DNA from: Pirellula sp.
GTDB lineage: Bacteria > Planctomycetota > Planctomycetia > Pirellulales > Pirellulaceae
Reading direction: 5' to 3'
NCBI GenBank assembly: GCA_043757445.1
Contig: JAYVPJ010000079.1
Coordinates: 74,301 to 138,300 of the forward strand
DNA: 64,000 nt
Made by a program: the position numbers and the translations under genes
Shown: positions 44,960 through 54,583 of the stretch, piece after piece
Position numbering within the stretch: the first letter of the stretch is position 1
Layout of the letters: every line of letters starts with the position of its first letter
Notes under the pieces: model-generated
What the model was told of the DNA's origin: nothing
Database searches by the model: none
What the model saw: only the letters and a program-made list of their open reading frames with translations

Positions 44960-45394
44960 TCAAGTCGATGCCAGTTGGAATTGCCCTAGATAATACTTTT
45001 CGGCTTCTCGCATCGCTTTTATCGCTTTGGGTTTTTTATCCATAAGGCCAACGATGTGTAGCATCCCGTGGATAATATAGAGCAACAATTCATCATCGCC
45101 TTGCCAACCATGTTCGATCGCTTCACGGTCTGCTGTCTCAACGCTAGCGATAATTTCACCTTCCAGAAAATCATCGCGACTGGTCAGATCAAAGCTAATA
45201 ACGTCGGTCGCATAGTCGTGCGAAAGATGCTTGCTATTTAGTTCACGAATCTCAGAGTCGCTAAAAAGAGCAATCGAGATATCTCCGTCCTCCCATCCGT
45301 AATCCATGGCTATAGTGCGAATCGCCTTTTTCATTCGCTGCACTTCGCAATTCCTCGTAAAGTCTGAATGATGAAAAAGTACTTGAATGGCCAT
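44960..45394 (-). CDS. ybeY: rRNA maturation endoribonuclease YbeY
   Basis: 144 aa with the Zn motif HGMLHIVGLMD (H..LH..G.D). Confidence 0.9.
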   Translation of the reverse strand: MAIQVLFHHSDFTRNCEVQRMKKAIRTIAMDYGWEDGDISIALFSDSEIRELNSKHLSHDYATDVISFDLTSRDDFLEGEIIASVETADREAIEHGWQGDDELLLYIIHGMLHIVGLMDKKPKAIKAMREAEKYYLGQFQLAST

Positions 45395-45776
45395 GGCGTC
45401 AATTTAGGGTGAATGGGCGAGGCTTGCTGGTCGCCATGATTGTAGTCTACAGGGGCATTGGCCGGATTAGAGGATCCTTGAGCCTCATGCGATTGCACGA
45501 TTCTTCGGATTCATCGCGAAGCTCGTCAAAATTGGTAAAAACACTTCGCTCTTCGGCCCATTCTGCCGAAACATACGGTATTCGCAAACCAGTAGTCTGG
45601 TCGTACGAGGGGGGCCCCGTTCAGCGAGTTCACTAACAAATGTTGGCAAAAATTCGTTGATGGTTGGAAGTCCCCTCGCAGTCGATCCGGTTAGGAAAGT
45701 TTGCAGGTGCTCAGGTACTTAGACAACAGCTCCAAAGCGCCGTTTTTCCCGCAAAACAAACCGTAGGAGGGTTTCC

Positions 45777-46838
45777 ATGCGACGATTCTTTTTGGGCATG
45801 GCGATCGCCTCGCTGACCGCCGGTGCTCCCTTGACGGCGTTCGGTGGAGATCGCGAGATCGCCGATGCCATCGTTTCCACACTTAAACAAAAGCAAGCAG
45901 ACGGAGCCCTAAAAGGTTTCGACATCGACCTCAGTGTCGAAGATGGCAAAGTTGTCATCGGCGGCACCGTTGCAAATCAAGCCCAACTGGACAGCGTGCT
46001 AAGTGTCGCGTCCAAGACGGCAGGCGTGAAGGTAGTCGAGAACAAGGCAAGCGTGCGTGAGCAAACTCCTGCAGCGCCAGCCTCCGACTTAAACACGTAC
46101 TCGAAAAATGCTGTCATGCCGGCATCGGCAAATGAAACCGCAGAAGACTCACCAGCTTTTCTGCCTGAACCGAACCGAATGGCTACCGAGAGCCAGCCCG
46201 TTGTGTCGCCTGTTGATGCAGGCATCACATCGGAAATACTAGGTCGTTTAGGCAGCGCTCAGAAAAATGGTCACCTCCGAAACTTTGAGATCGATATCTC
46301 AACTGTAGGTGGTGAAGTTTGGGCTCGCGGCGTTGTCGCTACACCTGAACAAAAACAATTGGTTCTTAAAACGGCTCAGTTGACGCCTGGTGTCCGCAAG
46401 GTCATCGATGATGTGAGCGTTGCCGGTCGAGTTCGACAGGCCAGCAGCGAAATAGCAACGCCGTCTTCGATGCCCGTGGTAGGTAGTGGCGCTCCAAGAG
46501 CCTTTGCACCTAGTGCATTGATGAATGGAACTCTGAACCCGTCGCCGAACCCGTCGCAATCCTACGGTGGACCGTCAGCTCCGGTCCCAATGCAAGGCGG
46601 ACCTGGTTACGGAGGGGGAACACCTCGCTATGATCAGCCTAACATGCCTGGTTACGCATGGCCAAGTTATGCCGCCTATCCGAACTACTCCGCCGTAACG
46701 TATCCAAAGCAATACAGTGCCTCGGCGTGGCCATACATCGGACCGTTCTATCCATACCCACAAGTTCCACTCGGTTGGCGTAAAGTCGCGCTCGAATGGG
46801 ATGACGGACTCTGGTACTTAGACTTCACAAGCAAGTAG
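45777..46838 (+). CDS. secreted protein with two BON domains and a Pro/Tyr-rich C-terminal module
   Basis: Signal peptide MRRFFLGMAIASLTAGAPLTAFG. The BON-like units are DIDLSVEDGKVVIGGTVANQAQLDSVLSVASKTAGVKVVENK and EIDISTVGGEVWARGVVATPEQKQLVLKTAQLTPGVRKVIDD. GGAGG lies 8 nt upstream of the ATG. Confidence 0.75.
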   Translation: MRRFFLGMAIASLTAGAPLTAFGGDREIADAIVSTLKQKQADGALKGFDIDLSVEDGKVVIGGTVANQAQLDSVLSVASKTAGVKVVENKASVREQTPAAPASDLNTYSKNAVMPASANETAEDSPAFLPEPNRMATESQPVVSPVDAGITSEILGRLGSAQKNGHLRNFEIDISTVGGEVWARGVVATPEQKQLVLKTAQLTPGVRKVIDDVSVAGRVRQASSEIATPSSMPVVGSGAPRAFAPSALMNGTLNPSPNPSQSYGGPSAPVPMQGGPGYGGGTPRYDQPNMPGYAWPSYAAYPNYSAVTYPKQYSASAWPYIGPFYPYPQVPLGWRKVALEWDDGLWYLDFTSK

Positions 46839-46870
46839 TCTACATGGACGGATGCCATCAAAACAAAAAA

Positions 46871-46899
46871 GCCGATGCACATTGCGTCGGCTTTTTTTT
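46871..46899. terminator. bidirectional Rho-independent terminator between the BON gene and rplS
   Basis: GCCGATGCA-CAT-TGCGTCGGC (9-bp stem including one G-U pair). It is followed by T8 on the plus strand and preceded by A6, which gives a U-tract for the minus strand. Confidence 0.75.
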
Positions 46900-46953
46900 A
46901 TTTTGTATTTACCACAAGCCCGCGGCATACATTCACCGCGCGATCTTGACTGA

Positions 46954-47307
46954 CTACTTGATGCGGCGTTCTTTAAGCCGAACAGACTTACCACTTCGTT
47001 CTCGCAAGAAGTACAACTTTGCGCGTCGAATTACCGATCGTCGTTTGACTTCGATCTTCTCGATTCGAGGTGAGTGCAGCGGGAACTTTCGCTCAACCCC
47101 TTCACCAGCCACAATGCGACGTACGACAAACATCTCGCGCGTACCAGATCCGCTCTTGGCGATCACGATACCGCTGAAAATTTGAATGCGTTCTTTCGTG
47201 CCTTCCTGAATCTTGGTATGGACATCTACTGTGTCGCCGATGCCAAATTCATCGACTTTCTCCTTGAGGGAGGACTGCTCAACCAATTTGAGAATTTGCT
47301 GGCTCAT
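46954..47307 (-). CDS. rplS: 50S ribosomal protein L19
   Basis: 117 aa with [30 protein letters not shown] and [13 protein letters not shown]. Confidence 0.95.
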   Translation of the reverse strand: MSQQILKLVEQSSLKEKVDEFGIGDTVDVHTKIQEGTKERIQIFSGIVIAKSGSGTREMFVVRRIVAGEGVERKFPLHSPRIEKIEVKRRSVIRRAKLYFLRERSGKSVRLKERRIK

Positions 47308-47557
47308 GATCTGATCGACACGATTATTGGAGATAACGGAAAGCGATGGAGGACCGATATACTGACGGATTGTGCCTGTATTGGGAAGGCCAAAAATGCT
47401 GAAATTTCAGGGCGTATACCAGCCGGCTCGTTTATGTGGCTCGCCAGCATCATCTGCCAAGCTCCCCACGCCCAGCTCTATCGCTCTGGGAATTCGTGAT
47501 TTTTTAGAAACGCTCGGAATCATTTTAGATCTTCGACCTTCCATTTCATCAGTTAGT

Positions 47558-47645
47558 GCGAGTCGCAGAGCGACTCGCCCACATACGGGCAATCCGGGGG
47601 CACTCCAGGGCAAGCCCCGAACAGCTTTCGAGAAAACGGGGCTTG
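47558..47645. repeat. two stem-loops 3' of the hydrolase gene / 5' of rplS
   Basis: The stems are GCGAGTCGC-AGA-GCGACTCGC (47558-47578) and CAAGCCCCG...CGGGGCTTG (47611-47645). GGGCAAGCCCCGAAC (47608-47622) is shared with 13050-13064 and, inverted, with about 18238-18252. Confidence 0.7.
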
Positions 47646-47661
47646 TTCGACTTGCCCCCCT

Positions 47662-48459
47662 TTAGATCGTATCGACATCGAAGCGCCGGCACCAGGCATC
47701 CACAATCTCTGCCACCATCACACAATCCGCATCGTTGGTCGTTAGTAGATGATTGCAATTAGGCAGGCTAATCAAGGATCTTGGCAGTGAAAGTGAGTTT
47801 TGGTCAGGCGTATCCAATCCGCAATTGATCAACGCGTTTCGAAAGTCAACTGTTTCGTCAGTTGGTGAATGGAACGCGAGAATCGGCTTAGTGATCAACC
47901 GCACTGCCGCCAACAGATCGTGGGATCGGAAGTCTTCGAGCATTTGCCGCTTAATCATATGAACTCGTCCACCGATCGAAACGGTGCCATTGCCTCGAGA
48001 AACGATTTGAAGATTCATCGATTCCAGTAGGCTGGCAAGATGGTGTGTATCACTCGGGGATGCAACCGCAATCACCCCCCTAACCGTAGGCAATTCCATT
48101 GCCATCGATAAACTTGTTGCACCGCCGAAGCTGTGCCCGATCAGAAACGATGGCGGTTGGTGCTCACGCTCCATAAAGGTCACCGCCGCGCGAAGATCCT
48201 CTCGATTGGTGGTGAAGTTCGTATTGCTGAAGTCTCCTTGGCTAGATCCGAGACCGGTAAAATCATAACGCAGCACAGCCCACCCTTCGTCGGCCAGCCC
48301 TCGACTGATCCTTACGATGGCTTTGAGATCTTTGCCGCAGGTGAAGCAATGAGAAAAAAGCAAGAAGCCGCTAGGCGTTCCAGTTGGCAATTCCATGATT
48401 CCGGCCAAAAGGTTGTCGGCATGCCCTGGGAATTGCACACGTTGGGTGGATCGTACCAT
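47662..48459 (-). CDS. alpha/beta-fold hydrolase
   Basis: Nucleophile elbow GHSFGG. About 265 aa with Asp and His candidates in the C-terminal third (SPTDETV, CNHLL). Confidence 0.75.
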   Translation of the reverse strand: MVRSTQRVQFPGHADNLLAGIMELPTGTPSGFLLFSHCFTCGKDLKAIVRISRGLADEGWAVLRYDFTGLGSSQGDFSNTNFTTNREDLRAAVTFMEREHQPPSFLIGHSFGGATSLSMAMELPTVRGVIAVASPSDTHHLASLLESMNLQIVSRGNGTVSIGGRVHMIKRQMLEDFRSHDLLAAVRLITKPILAFHSPTDETVDFRNALINCGLDTPDQNSLSLPRSLISLPNCNHLLTTNDADCVMVAEIVDAWCRRFDVDTI

Positions 48460-48465
48460 GAATGA

Positions 48466-48876
48466 CTAGCGAACTCGCTGCATCTGGATCGAGCCGTTGT
48501 CGCCGGCCGCTTGGAAGCTGCCGCTAAGCCCACTTTCGTTCGCCTGCGCGGTCATTCGATAACTGCCCATAATTGGCCCGAGGGGTTTCTCTGCGTTTAA
48601 AAAAGTAGTCCCGAATGCATCTTGAGTGGGCTGAAGGGTTACACGGTAGGCAAACGGAATAATCAATGCAAAGCGTCCCGTAAATCTAGCTTGATAATTT
48701 CCATCGGTTCTTGGTTGTACCACAGCCCGCATCGGGCCATGATGCCCTGTCGAGCCGCTTCTCCATTGGCCACGATAAACACCTATCGGGCTATCTGCAA
48801 AAACATTCTGCGATGAAGCAAAACAAATCGCTACCAACGCAAACGACGCGAATCGTTGACCTAATTTAAAAACCAT
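48466..48876 (-). CDS. small secreted hypothetical protein
   Basis: The signal-peptide start MVFKLGQRFASFALVAICFASSQNVFA is at 48876. The longer ORF to 48993 would overlap the upstream gene. No family recognised. Confidence 0.5.
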   Translation of the reverse strand: MVFKLGQRFASFALVAICFASSQNVFADSPIGVYRGQWRSGSTGHHGPMRAVVQPRTDGNYQARFTGRFALIIPFAYRVTLQPTQDAFGTTFLNAEKPLGPIMGSYRMTAQANESGLSGSFQAAGDNGSIQMQRVR

Positions 48877-48890
48877 GGGATTTGCAATGT

Positions 48891-50387
48891 TCAAGAAATG
48901 GAATTGGAAGGAGATCGACGCCGAGTATCCAGATTGAACCGGACCGGTCCATTTGTCAACACGGCAACCGTCAATAGCAATAGCCAAAGCCAAACGCCAA
49001 TACCCAGTACACCCAACGGTCCAGTGTACCTTTCCAACACGTAATGAAGGATCAAAAGGATCGGCGGTATTTGCGTCAATGCCATAGACGAATTGAAAAC
49101 TCCAGGTTTGTTAAACGCGCTCGGGCGAGCGTCGCTACGCTCGCCCGAGCGTGAATGCATTCGTGTGTCTTTCCCGTCACTCATCCACGCACTGTCCAGC
49201 CATCGCGGCACCCAGACTGTTGCTGGCCACATGGCCATAAAGTAATGTCCGCGTGCAATTGGCACAACCAAAAGCGTAGCCGCATTGGCGAGAGCGAATG
49301 CAACCAGCAGTGAGTTCGAGCCACCTCGCCACAGGATGGCTACCAGGGCAACTGCAGTCGCGACAATCGACATACATCGCACCGTTTTCAGAACGAGTCT
49401 TCCCGACGGCAAGTCCATCGGAGACAAATCCCTAGCTTCGGAACGAAACAACTCGGTGGACATAAGAGTATTTCCAAGAAGCCAAAATGCGTTCATCGGG
49501 CTTTGATTCTTCGTGGAATGGCTATCTCCAGCGAATGGGTCATTGCTTAGTTCGTTGGTTCGTGCCAATACTTCTCGCCGCCACGTTTCCAAGTTCCTTT
49601 GATTTTGGTTCCAACCAACGATACTTGCAGGCAAAATCCAAACTCCAATGGCAAGTCCAATGACCAATCCGAAAGCCGCTGAGCAGGAACGTAGCATAGT
49701 CGATGTCCGCAACCAACCTCGCATACGCAGCGTCATGAACGACAATCCACCCACTAGAATGACAGATGGTAACGCAGGCGAGATCTTTAGAATAATTGCT
49801 CCGGCCAATATCGCACCACCTAAAACCGCTGACTTCCGAGTGGCATGGGTGAGAATCATCCGCCCACCAAGTAACGTCAAGTACAACTGGAGAATGCCAA
49901 CCTGGCCGCGTTGCAGGCAGTTGAGCGTTGCCAGACTGAAGCCGACCATGCAAACGATTCCTCCCCAATTGGCTATTCGGTCCGCCGTCGCGTCGCGGGG
50001 AAATGCCCACCGATCGAGCAAGGCGAATTCTTGAAAGGCGCCATACAGGCATGCGATACTGATCCAAAACCAGATGACGCATTGCCAACCCTCGGGCAAA
50101 ACAGCAAGTGGAGAAACGATCAGCGCGAAGGGTGGAAGGTACAAGTAACCCCATCCCCTGGCATTGGTAACCGCATACGGGTTCTCTCCAGCAATCGCTG
50201 CTTTTCCAGCCACCGTATAAACCGTGAAGTCCGTGCGATGTGTTTCTGGCCTGCTTGGATCAAGTCTTCCTCGCGGCCACACGTCAACCCAGCACCAAAC
50301 CGCCAGCACAATCAAGACTGCGATCGCTTGGTAGTGATTTGGAAATACAGCCGTTGCATTTTCACTTTGCATATCCGGTCCGGTCAC
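48891..50387 (-). CDS. polytopic glycosyltransferase, GT87/DUF2029-like
   Basis: DFTVYTVAGKAAIAGENPY...YLYLPPFALIVSPLA is the typical DUF2029 N-terminal pattern. At least 9 hydrophobic helices. Confidence 0.65.
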   Translation of the reverse strand: MTGPDMQSENATAVFPNHYQAIAVLIVLAVWCWVDVWPRGRLDPSRPETHRTDFTVYTVAGKAAIAGENPYAVTNARGWGYLYLPPFALIVSPLAVLPEGWQCVIWFWISIACLYGAFQEFALLDRWAFPRDATADRIANWGGIVCMVGFSLATLNCLQRGQVGILQLYLTLLGGRMILTHATRKSAVLGGAILAGAIILKISPALPSVILVGGLSFMTLRMRGWLRTSTMLRSCSAAFGLVIGLAIGVWILPASIVGWNQNQRNLETWRREVLARTNELSNDPFAGDSHSTKNQSPMNAFWLLGNTLMSTELFRSEARDLSPMDLPSGRLVLKTVRCMSIVATAVALVAILWRGGSNSLLVAFALANAATLLVVPIARGHYFMAMWPATVWVPRWLDSAWMSDGKDTRMHSRSGERSDARPSAFNKPGVFNSSMALTQIPPILLILHYVLERYTGPLGVLGIGVWLWLLLLTVAVLTNGPVRFNLDTRRRSPSNSIS

Positions 50388-50452
50388 ATTCTATTACTCC
50401 TCGGAGGTCAGCCCGTTGTCCGGCGGAGGACAACCGGACGTACGTGCGGCTA

Positions 50453-51751
50453 CTACGGAATCATTGCGACCCGGATTCGAAGCACTTGTCTCGGCGTCGC
50501 CTGTGAAACGGAGAGCTGGTACTTTCCGATCTTGGTCTTCGCACCGACCTTCGGGATGCTTCCGAGCGACGATACGATCAAGCCAGCCACCGTCTCGTAC
50601 TCATCTGACTCGGGAAGATACAGGGACATTTGACGATTTGCAGCGGAAACCTCCATGACTCCCGCGATGCTGAAACCACCGTCGGGATCTTCGACGAACA
50701 TTGGCATTGTTTCATCCACGTCCAGTTCGTCTGCAATTTCACCAACAATCTCTTCCAAGGCGTCCTCAATCGTTACCACTCCAAGCGTTTGCTGATATTC
50801 GTCAACAACGATGGCCATGTGACTTCGACGCAGCAGAAAGTCTTTCAACAATTCGTCAATCTTACGAGTCGCCGGGATCATCCATGTCTCTCGCAGAATA
50901 CTGCGCATGCTGGAAGCATTGCTTGGTCGATTGGAATCTTGAAGTAGTGTCATCAGGTCTTTGACGTAGAGTATGCCCACTATATTATCCATCGAATCTT
51001 CGTAAACGGGCATGCGAGTTCGGCCTGATGCAATGACAGCTTCGGTCACTTGTTGCCAGCCCCAACCAATATCGATCGCATCGATCTGGCTACGCGGAGT
51101 CATAATTTGAGATACTTGGCCCTCGTCTAAATTCATGACTCCGGTGATCATGTCCCGCATCGATCGAGTCACCAATCCATCGCGTTCACCCGCCATGATC
51201 ATTTTTCGCACCTCGTCCTCCAGCGACTCCTCCTCCACGCGATCTTCAACCCGACGGTCGCTCAATCGATGTCCGACCGCCAAAAACAAATGTTCCAAAG
51301 TCCGAAATGGTCGAGATAGCACATTGATCGCATGCCAGTACCACCAGGTGTGATATAGCAACACGGATGCGCTATTGCGAACAATGATTTTCGGTATCCA
51401 CGAATAAAAACAGGCAAGAACCGCGGCGGCAATGGTACTGACAGAAACGAGATGAAAAATCGAAACATGGTTTTGCGAGTCCGATAGCCCCCACTGCATT
51501 TGCATCGACAGCCAGGTGCCGGCAGAAATCAATGCGACGCTGCTACCGAAAATAAATAGATAGTTGCACGCCGTTTGCGCATCATCCTGTTCGTCTAGGA
51601 TTCTACCGAAGCGTTCTCGGTTTCCTTTCATGCGACAGTAGGCTTCAAGCGTGCGACCGCGAAAGTGCAGCAGCAAATGGCTACCAAATCCCCCGATGGC
51701 TAAAAGGCACAGCCCTAAAAAGGCGAGAGCAAAGCAGCCATTGTTTTGCAT
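50453..51751 (-). CDS. CNNM/DUF21-CBS-CorC_HlyC family transporter (hemolysin-family protein)
   Basis: Four-TM N-domain, CBS pair (IMTPRSQIDAIDI..., RMPVYEDSMDNIVGILYVKDL) and a CorC/HlyC C-terminal domain. Confidence 0.85.
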   Translation of the reverse strand: MQNNGCFALAFLGLCLLAIGGFGSHLLLHFRGRTLEAYCRMKGNRERFGRILDEQDDAQTACNYLFIFGSSVALISAGTWLSMQMQWGLSDSQNHVSIFHLVSVSTIAAAVLACFYSWIPKIIVRNSASVLLYHTWWYWHAINVLSRPFRTLEHLFLAVGHRLSDRRVEDRVEEESLEDEVRKMIMAGERDGLVTRSMRDMITGVMNLDEGQVSQIMTPRSQIDAIDIGWGWQQVTEAVIASGRTRMPVYEDSMDNIVGILYVKDLMTLLQDSNRPSNASSMRSILRETWMIPATRKIDELLKDFLLRRSHMAIVVDEYQQTLGVVTIEDALEEIVGEIADELDVDETMPMFVEDPDGGFSIAGVMEVSAANRQMSLYLPESDEYETVAGLIVSSLGSIPKVGAKTKIGKYQLSVSQATPRQVLRIRVAMIP

Positions 51752-51765
51752 CGATCACCTTCAAC

Positions 51766-53349
51766 CTAGGCTATTGAATCTTTGGTCCAGTTTCCATCCA
51801 TGAGCCGCCATGCACTACTTGGATTTGCGTTCTGTAAAACAGCAGGAATGCGACTCTCTCGAACACTATCAAAGCACGTTAGCTTTGCAAAGCGAATCAG
51901 GCTGGCTGGGATTCCAACTGCAGTAAAGCCTGGGTGGCCAGTTGCTGGGAACGGGCCACCATGATTCATGGCGGGGCTCACCGCAACTCCTGTCGGCATC
52001 TTGTCGTTGAGGATTCGTCCCACCCGCTGAGTCAGCGACGCGGCGATCAAAGCATAGTCTGCGTCGTCGCTCCCTTGCGAATCCGAATAGATCGAGCCCG
52101 TCAGGTTGCCCTCCAACTTCTCGATCGACTGGACAAGCTCACAAATATCCGAGCAAATAACCATCAGAACAGCGTTGCCGAACGCTTCGGTTTGGAAGAC
52201 GTGCGGGTCCGCTAGAAGCTGCGTACCAGAAATCTTCAGCACGGTGTTTGCAACCGCACATCGGCTTCCTTCGATTTTGCTTCCTCCTGCCAACAGTTCA
52301 GCTCCTGCATCCTTGAGTATCGAGATGCTCTTTACGAGGGAGGTCTCGACGCTGCGTGAAAGCAAAGTCCCGGCGTTGCTGGCCTGATACTTAGCCGCGA
52401 CGCTCTCTACAAACTTCGTTGTATCGGCATTGGCTATCATCAATAGCATGCCAGGGTTGGTGCAGAACTGGCCTGCCCCCATGAGCCCGCTGGCCACATA
52501 CTCTTCGATCAACTTATCCAGGCGTTCACGAAAAGCTCCGGGCAGAAATACGATCGGATTGACGCTCGAAAGCTCCGCATAAAATGGCTTGCCTACTCGA
52601 TCGGCAACGGCTTTCAATTGCAAGCCAGCGGACCGCGATCCGGTGTATCCGATGGCCGCCAGCCTTGCATCGCCTACCAAGCGTTCACCATCAGCGTGCG
52701 AAGTACGATAGATCAACTGCACTAGGCCATTGGGCATGCTCGTTTCGCTTGCCGCCTTTTCAGCCAGAACCGCAAATCGCATCGTCGTCGCCGGATGCGA
52801 CGAGTTGGCCTTGGCGATGACTGGATTCCCTGCTGCGATGGCGGCAGCAAAGTCCCCTCCTGCAATACTATTGAATGCAAATGGAAAATTGTTTGGACCG
52901 AAGACGCAAACCGGGCCGATGGCCTGATAACAGGAACGGATATTCGCCTTGGAGTCAATGGTCGGAACCGCCCAGCTTTGTTGTCGAGCAGCCGCTGCAG
53001 CCAGCCTCAACTGACTGACGGTCCGCGGCAGCTCAACATCCGCAAGACGAGGCGACTTCGGAAGCCCTGACTCTTGATGAGCGATCTCGACCAATCCCTC
53101 CTTGTCCGCCTCGATTAAACTGGCGTACTTTTCCAAAAACAATGCGATGGCTTCGGGTGCTGTCTGCCGGAGTTTAACAAATGCACTTGTCGCCGCAGTC
53201 AACGCTTCATCGCAGTCAGACCACAGGCTAACTGGAAACTCCAAAGCGATCGGCTGACCGAGGGTCGGATTGATGGGTGAAAAAACTGCCGAATGCGAAC
53301 CGGTTCGCCATTGGCCATTGATCAAAACACTTTGTGATGGATTTGTCAT
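51766..53349 (-). CDS. aldehyde dehydrogenase, alpha-ketoglutaric semialdehyde dehydrogenase-like
   Basis: ALDH fold with YAELSSVNP (catalytic Glu region) and GAGQFCTNPG (catalytic Cys), the variant typical of KGSADH-type enzymes. Confidence 0.8.
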   Translation of the reverse strand: MTNPSQSVLINGQWRTGSHSAVFSPINPTLGQPIALEFPVSLWSDCDEALTAATSAFVKLRQTAPEAIALFLEKYASLIEADKEGLVEIAHQESGLPKSPRLADVELPRTVSQLRLAAAAARQQSWAVPTIDSKANIRSCYQAIGPVCVFGPNNFPFAFNSIAGGDFAAAIAAGNPVIAKANSSHPATTMRFAVLAEKAASETSMPNGLVQLIYRTSHADGERLVGDARLAAIGYTGSRSAGLQLKAVADRVGKPFYAELSSVNPIVFLPGAFRERLDKLIEEYVASGLMGAGQFCTNPGMLLMIANADTTKFVESVAAKYQASNAGTLLSRSVETSLVKSISILKDAGAELLAGGSKIEGSRCAVANTVLKISGTQLLADPHVFQTEAFGNAVLMVICSDICELVQSIEKLEGNLTGSIYSDSQGSDDADYALIAASLTQRVGRILNDKMPTGVAVSPAMNHGGPFPATGHPGFTAVGIPASLIRFAKLTCFDSVRESRIPAVLQNANPSSAWRLMDGNWTKDSIA

Positions 53350-53387
53350 TGCTGAGTACTAAGGAGTTGCTATTCAAAAATCGAAAT

Positions 53388-54242
53388 TTAGCCTTGGACG
53401 ATGGTGTTGGTTAGGGTGCCAATTCCATCGATGGATATGTGCACGGTATCCTCTTTGGCTAAGGTAAAGGAACTGTCTGGCACGACACCTGTGCCGGTCA
53501 ACATGAAAGCACCGTTAAGTAAGTCATTATCGCGTGTCAACCACTGGACCAAGTCCTCAAGCTGACGAGCCATTTGCGAGACACCTGTTTCACCTGAAAA
53601 AACAGTAGCGTTCTTGCGAATGATCTTAAGATCAATTCCGATTTTGTCTCGCGGGGGCATGGAGTCAGCCAGTGCGATCCACGGCCCCAGACCGCAGCAC
53701 TGGTTATAAACTTTGGCTTGAGGCAAATAAAGCGGATTGTCCCCCTCGATGTCACGACTGCTCATGTCGTTGCCCACGGTATAGCCAACGATCTTGCCTT
53801 GATTGGAGAGTACCAGCGTCAATTCAGGTTCGGGCACGTTCCAAGTTGCATCGGTGCGAATTCGCAGTTTCCCAAGGTGGCCACTGCAACGGTTTGGAGT
53901 CGCCTTAAAAAACAGCTCAGGCCTAGCAGCCGTATAGACTCGGTCGTAACAACTGGCCGCCGCCTCGCTCTCCTCCATCCGCGCCGTTTGAGATCGCTTG
54001 TAAGTGACTCCAGCGGCCCAGACTTCTTGATCATCGATTGGCGGAAGCCACTCAACGCTTTCCAACGGAATGGGAGACGCCGCCCCTGGAAGATCGCGAG
54101 CCAACTCAAAAAGTCGATCGCTCGACAATAGTTGGCTTAGGGTCTGAAGTCCAGTGGCAGTTAAATCGAGTACCGTTGCAAAATGGTTCGCGATTCTCGC
54201 AACGGCAGGTCCACGCTCGGTCTGTATTCTTGCCAAAAACAT
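53388..54242 (-). CDS. fumarylacetoacetate hydrolase-family protein (2-keto-3-deoxy-pentonate dehydratase-like)
   Basis: FAH C-terminal fold pattern: [33 protein letters not shown] and [14 protein letters not shown]. Confidence 0.75.
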   Translation of the reverse strand: MFLARIQTERGPAVARIANHFATVLDLTATGLQTLSQLLSSDRLFELARDLPGAASPIPLESVEWLPPIDDQEVWAAGVTYKRSQTARMEESEAAASCYDRVYTAARPELFFKATPNRCSGHLGKLRIRTDATWNVPEPELTLVLSNQGKIVGYTVGNDMSSRDIEGDNPLYLPQAKVYNQCCGLGPWIALADSMPPRDKIGIDLKIIRKNATVFSGETGVSQMARQLEDLVQWLTRDNDLLNGAFMLTGTGVVPDSSFTLAKEDTVHISIDGIGTLTNTIVQG

Positions 54243-54376
54243 TTAGTATCTTTCAAAGAGGTTGCTGGGTTAGCGAGGGACTATTGAAACACTGAGCGAA
54301 GCCATTGAATAGCCCTGCAAGCAATTTCGAACCATAATTGCCGCTTGCTAGTGCCGTATCCACATTGATTTTGTGT

Positions 54377-54583
54377 GCAGTTGGTAGTGGATCTTGTTAA
54401 AGATCCCTGCGGCATAGGATCTTTAAGGCGAGGGGCAGAAACAAACATACCAAGTGGCATGGGCGTCCCGCCCATGTTTTGACGGGCGAGACGCCCGTGC
54501 TACGAGATGCCCAAGGGAGTATTTCAACTGCCTATCGCCTAACAAGATCCACTACCAACAAAATCGAAGTAGTCGAGGCACTA
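54377..54583 (+). repeat. palindromic repeat (copy 1), interrupted by a 113-nt insertion
   Basis: GCAGTTGGTAGTGGATCTTGTTAAAGATCC...GGATCTTTAA[insert]CAAGATCCACTACCAACAAAATCGAAGTAGTCGAGGCACTA. About 90 percent identical to 56960-57050 once the insert is removed. Confidence 0.85.
54427..54539. mobile_element. 113-nt MITE-like insertion with 12-nt TIRs and TA(A) target duplication
   Basis: The TIRs are GGCGAGGGGCAG and CTGCCTATCGCC (10/12 complementary). The element is flanked by TAA (54424-54426) and TAA (54540-54542), where the uninterrupted copy at 57005-57014 has a single CTTTAACAAG. The interior has hairpins CATGGGCG-TCC-CGCCCATG and ACGGGCG-AGA-CGCCCGT. Confidence 0.7.

Noticed and set aside
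44948-44965. 18-nt match (CCTATCCATGTTCRCTTT) between the ybeY 3' end and the GxxExxY relic at 11600-11617
   Set aside because: It is too short to distinguish a second relic from chance or a shared mini-repeat. There is no extended similarity on either side.
54401-54420. Flip/flop inversion of the hairpin loop between the two palindrome copies (TGCGGCA versus TGCCGCA)
   Set aside because: The two loops differ by essentially one base once a 1-nt shift is allowed. Ordinary substitutions explain the difference as well as an inversion does.
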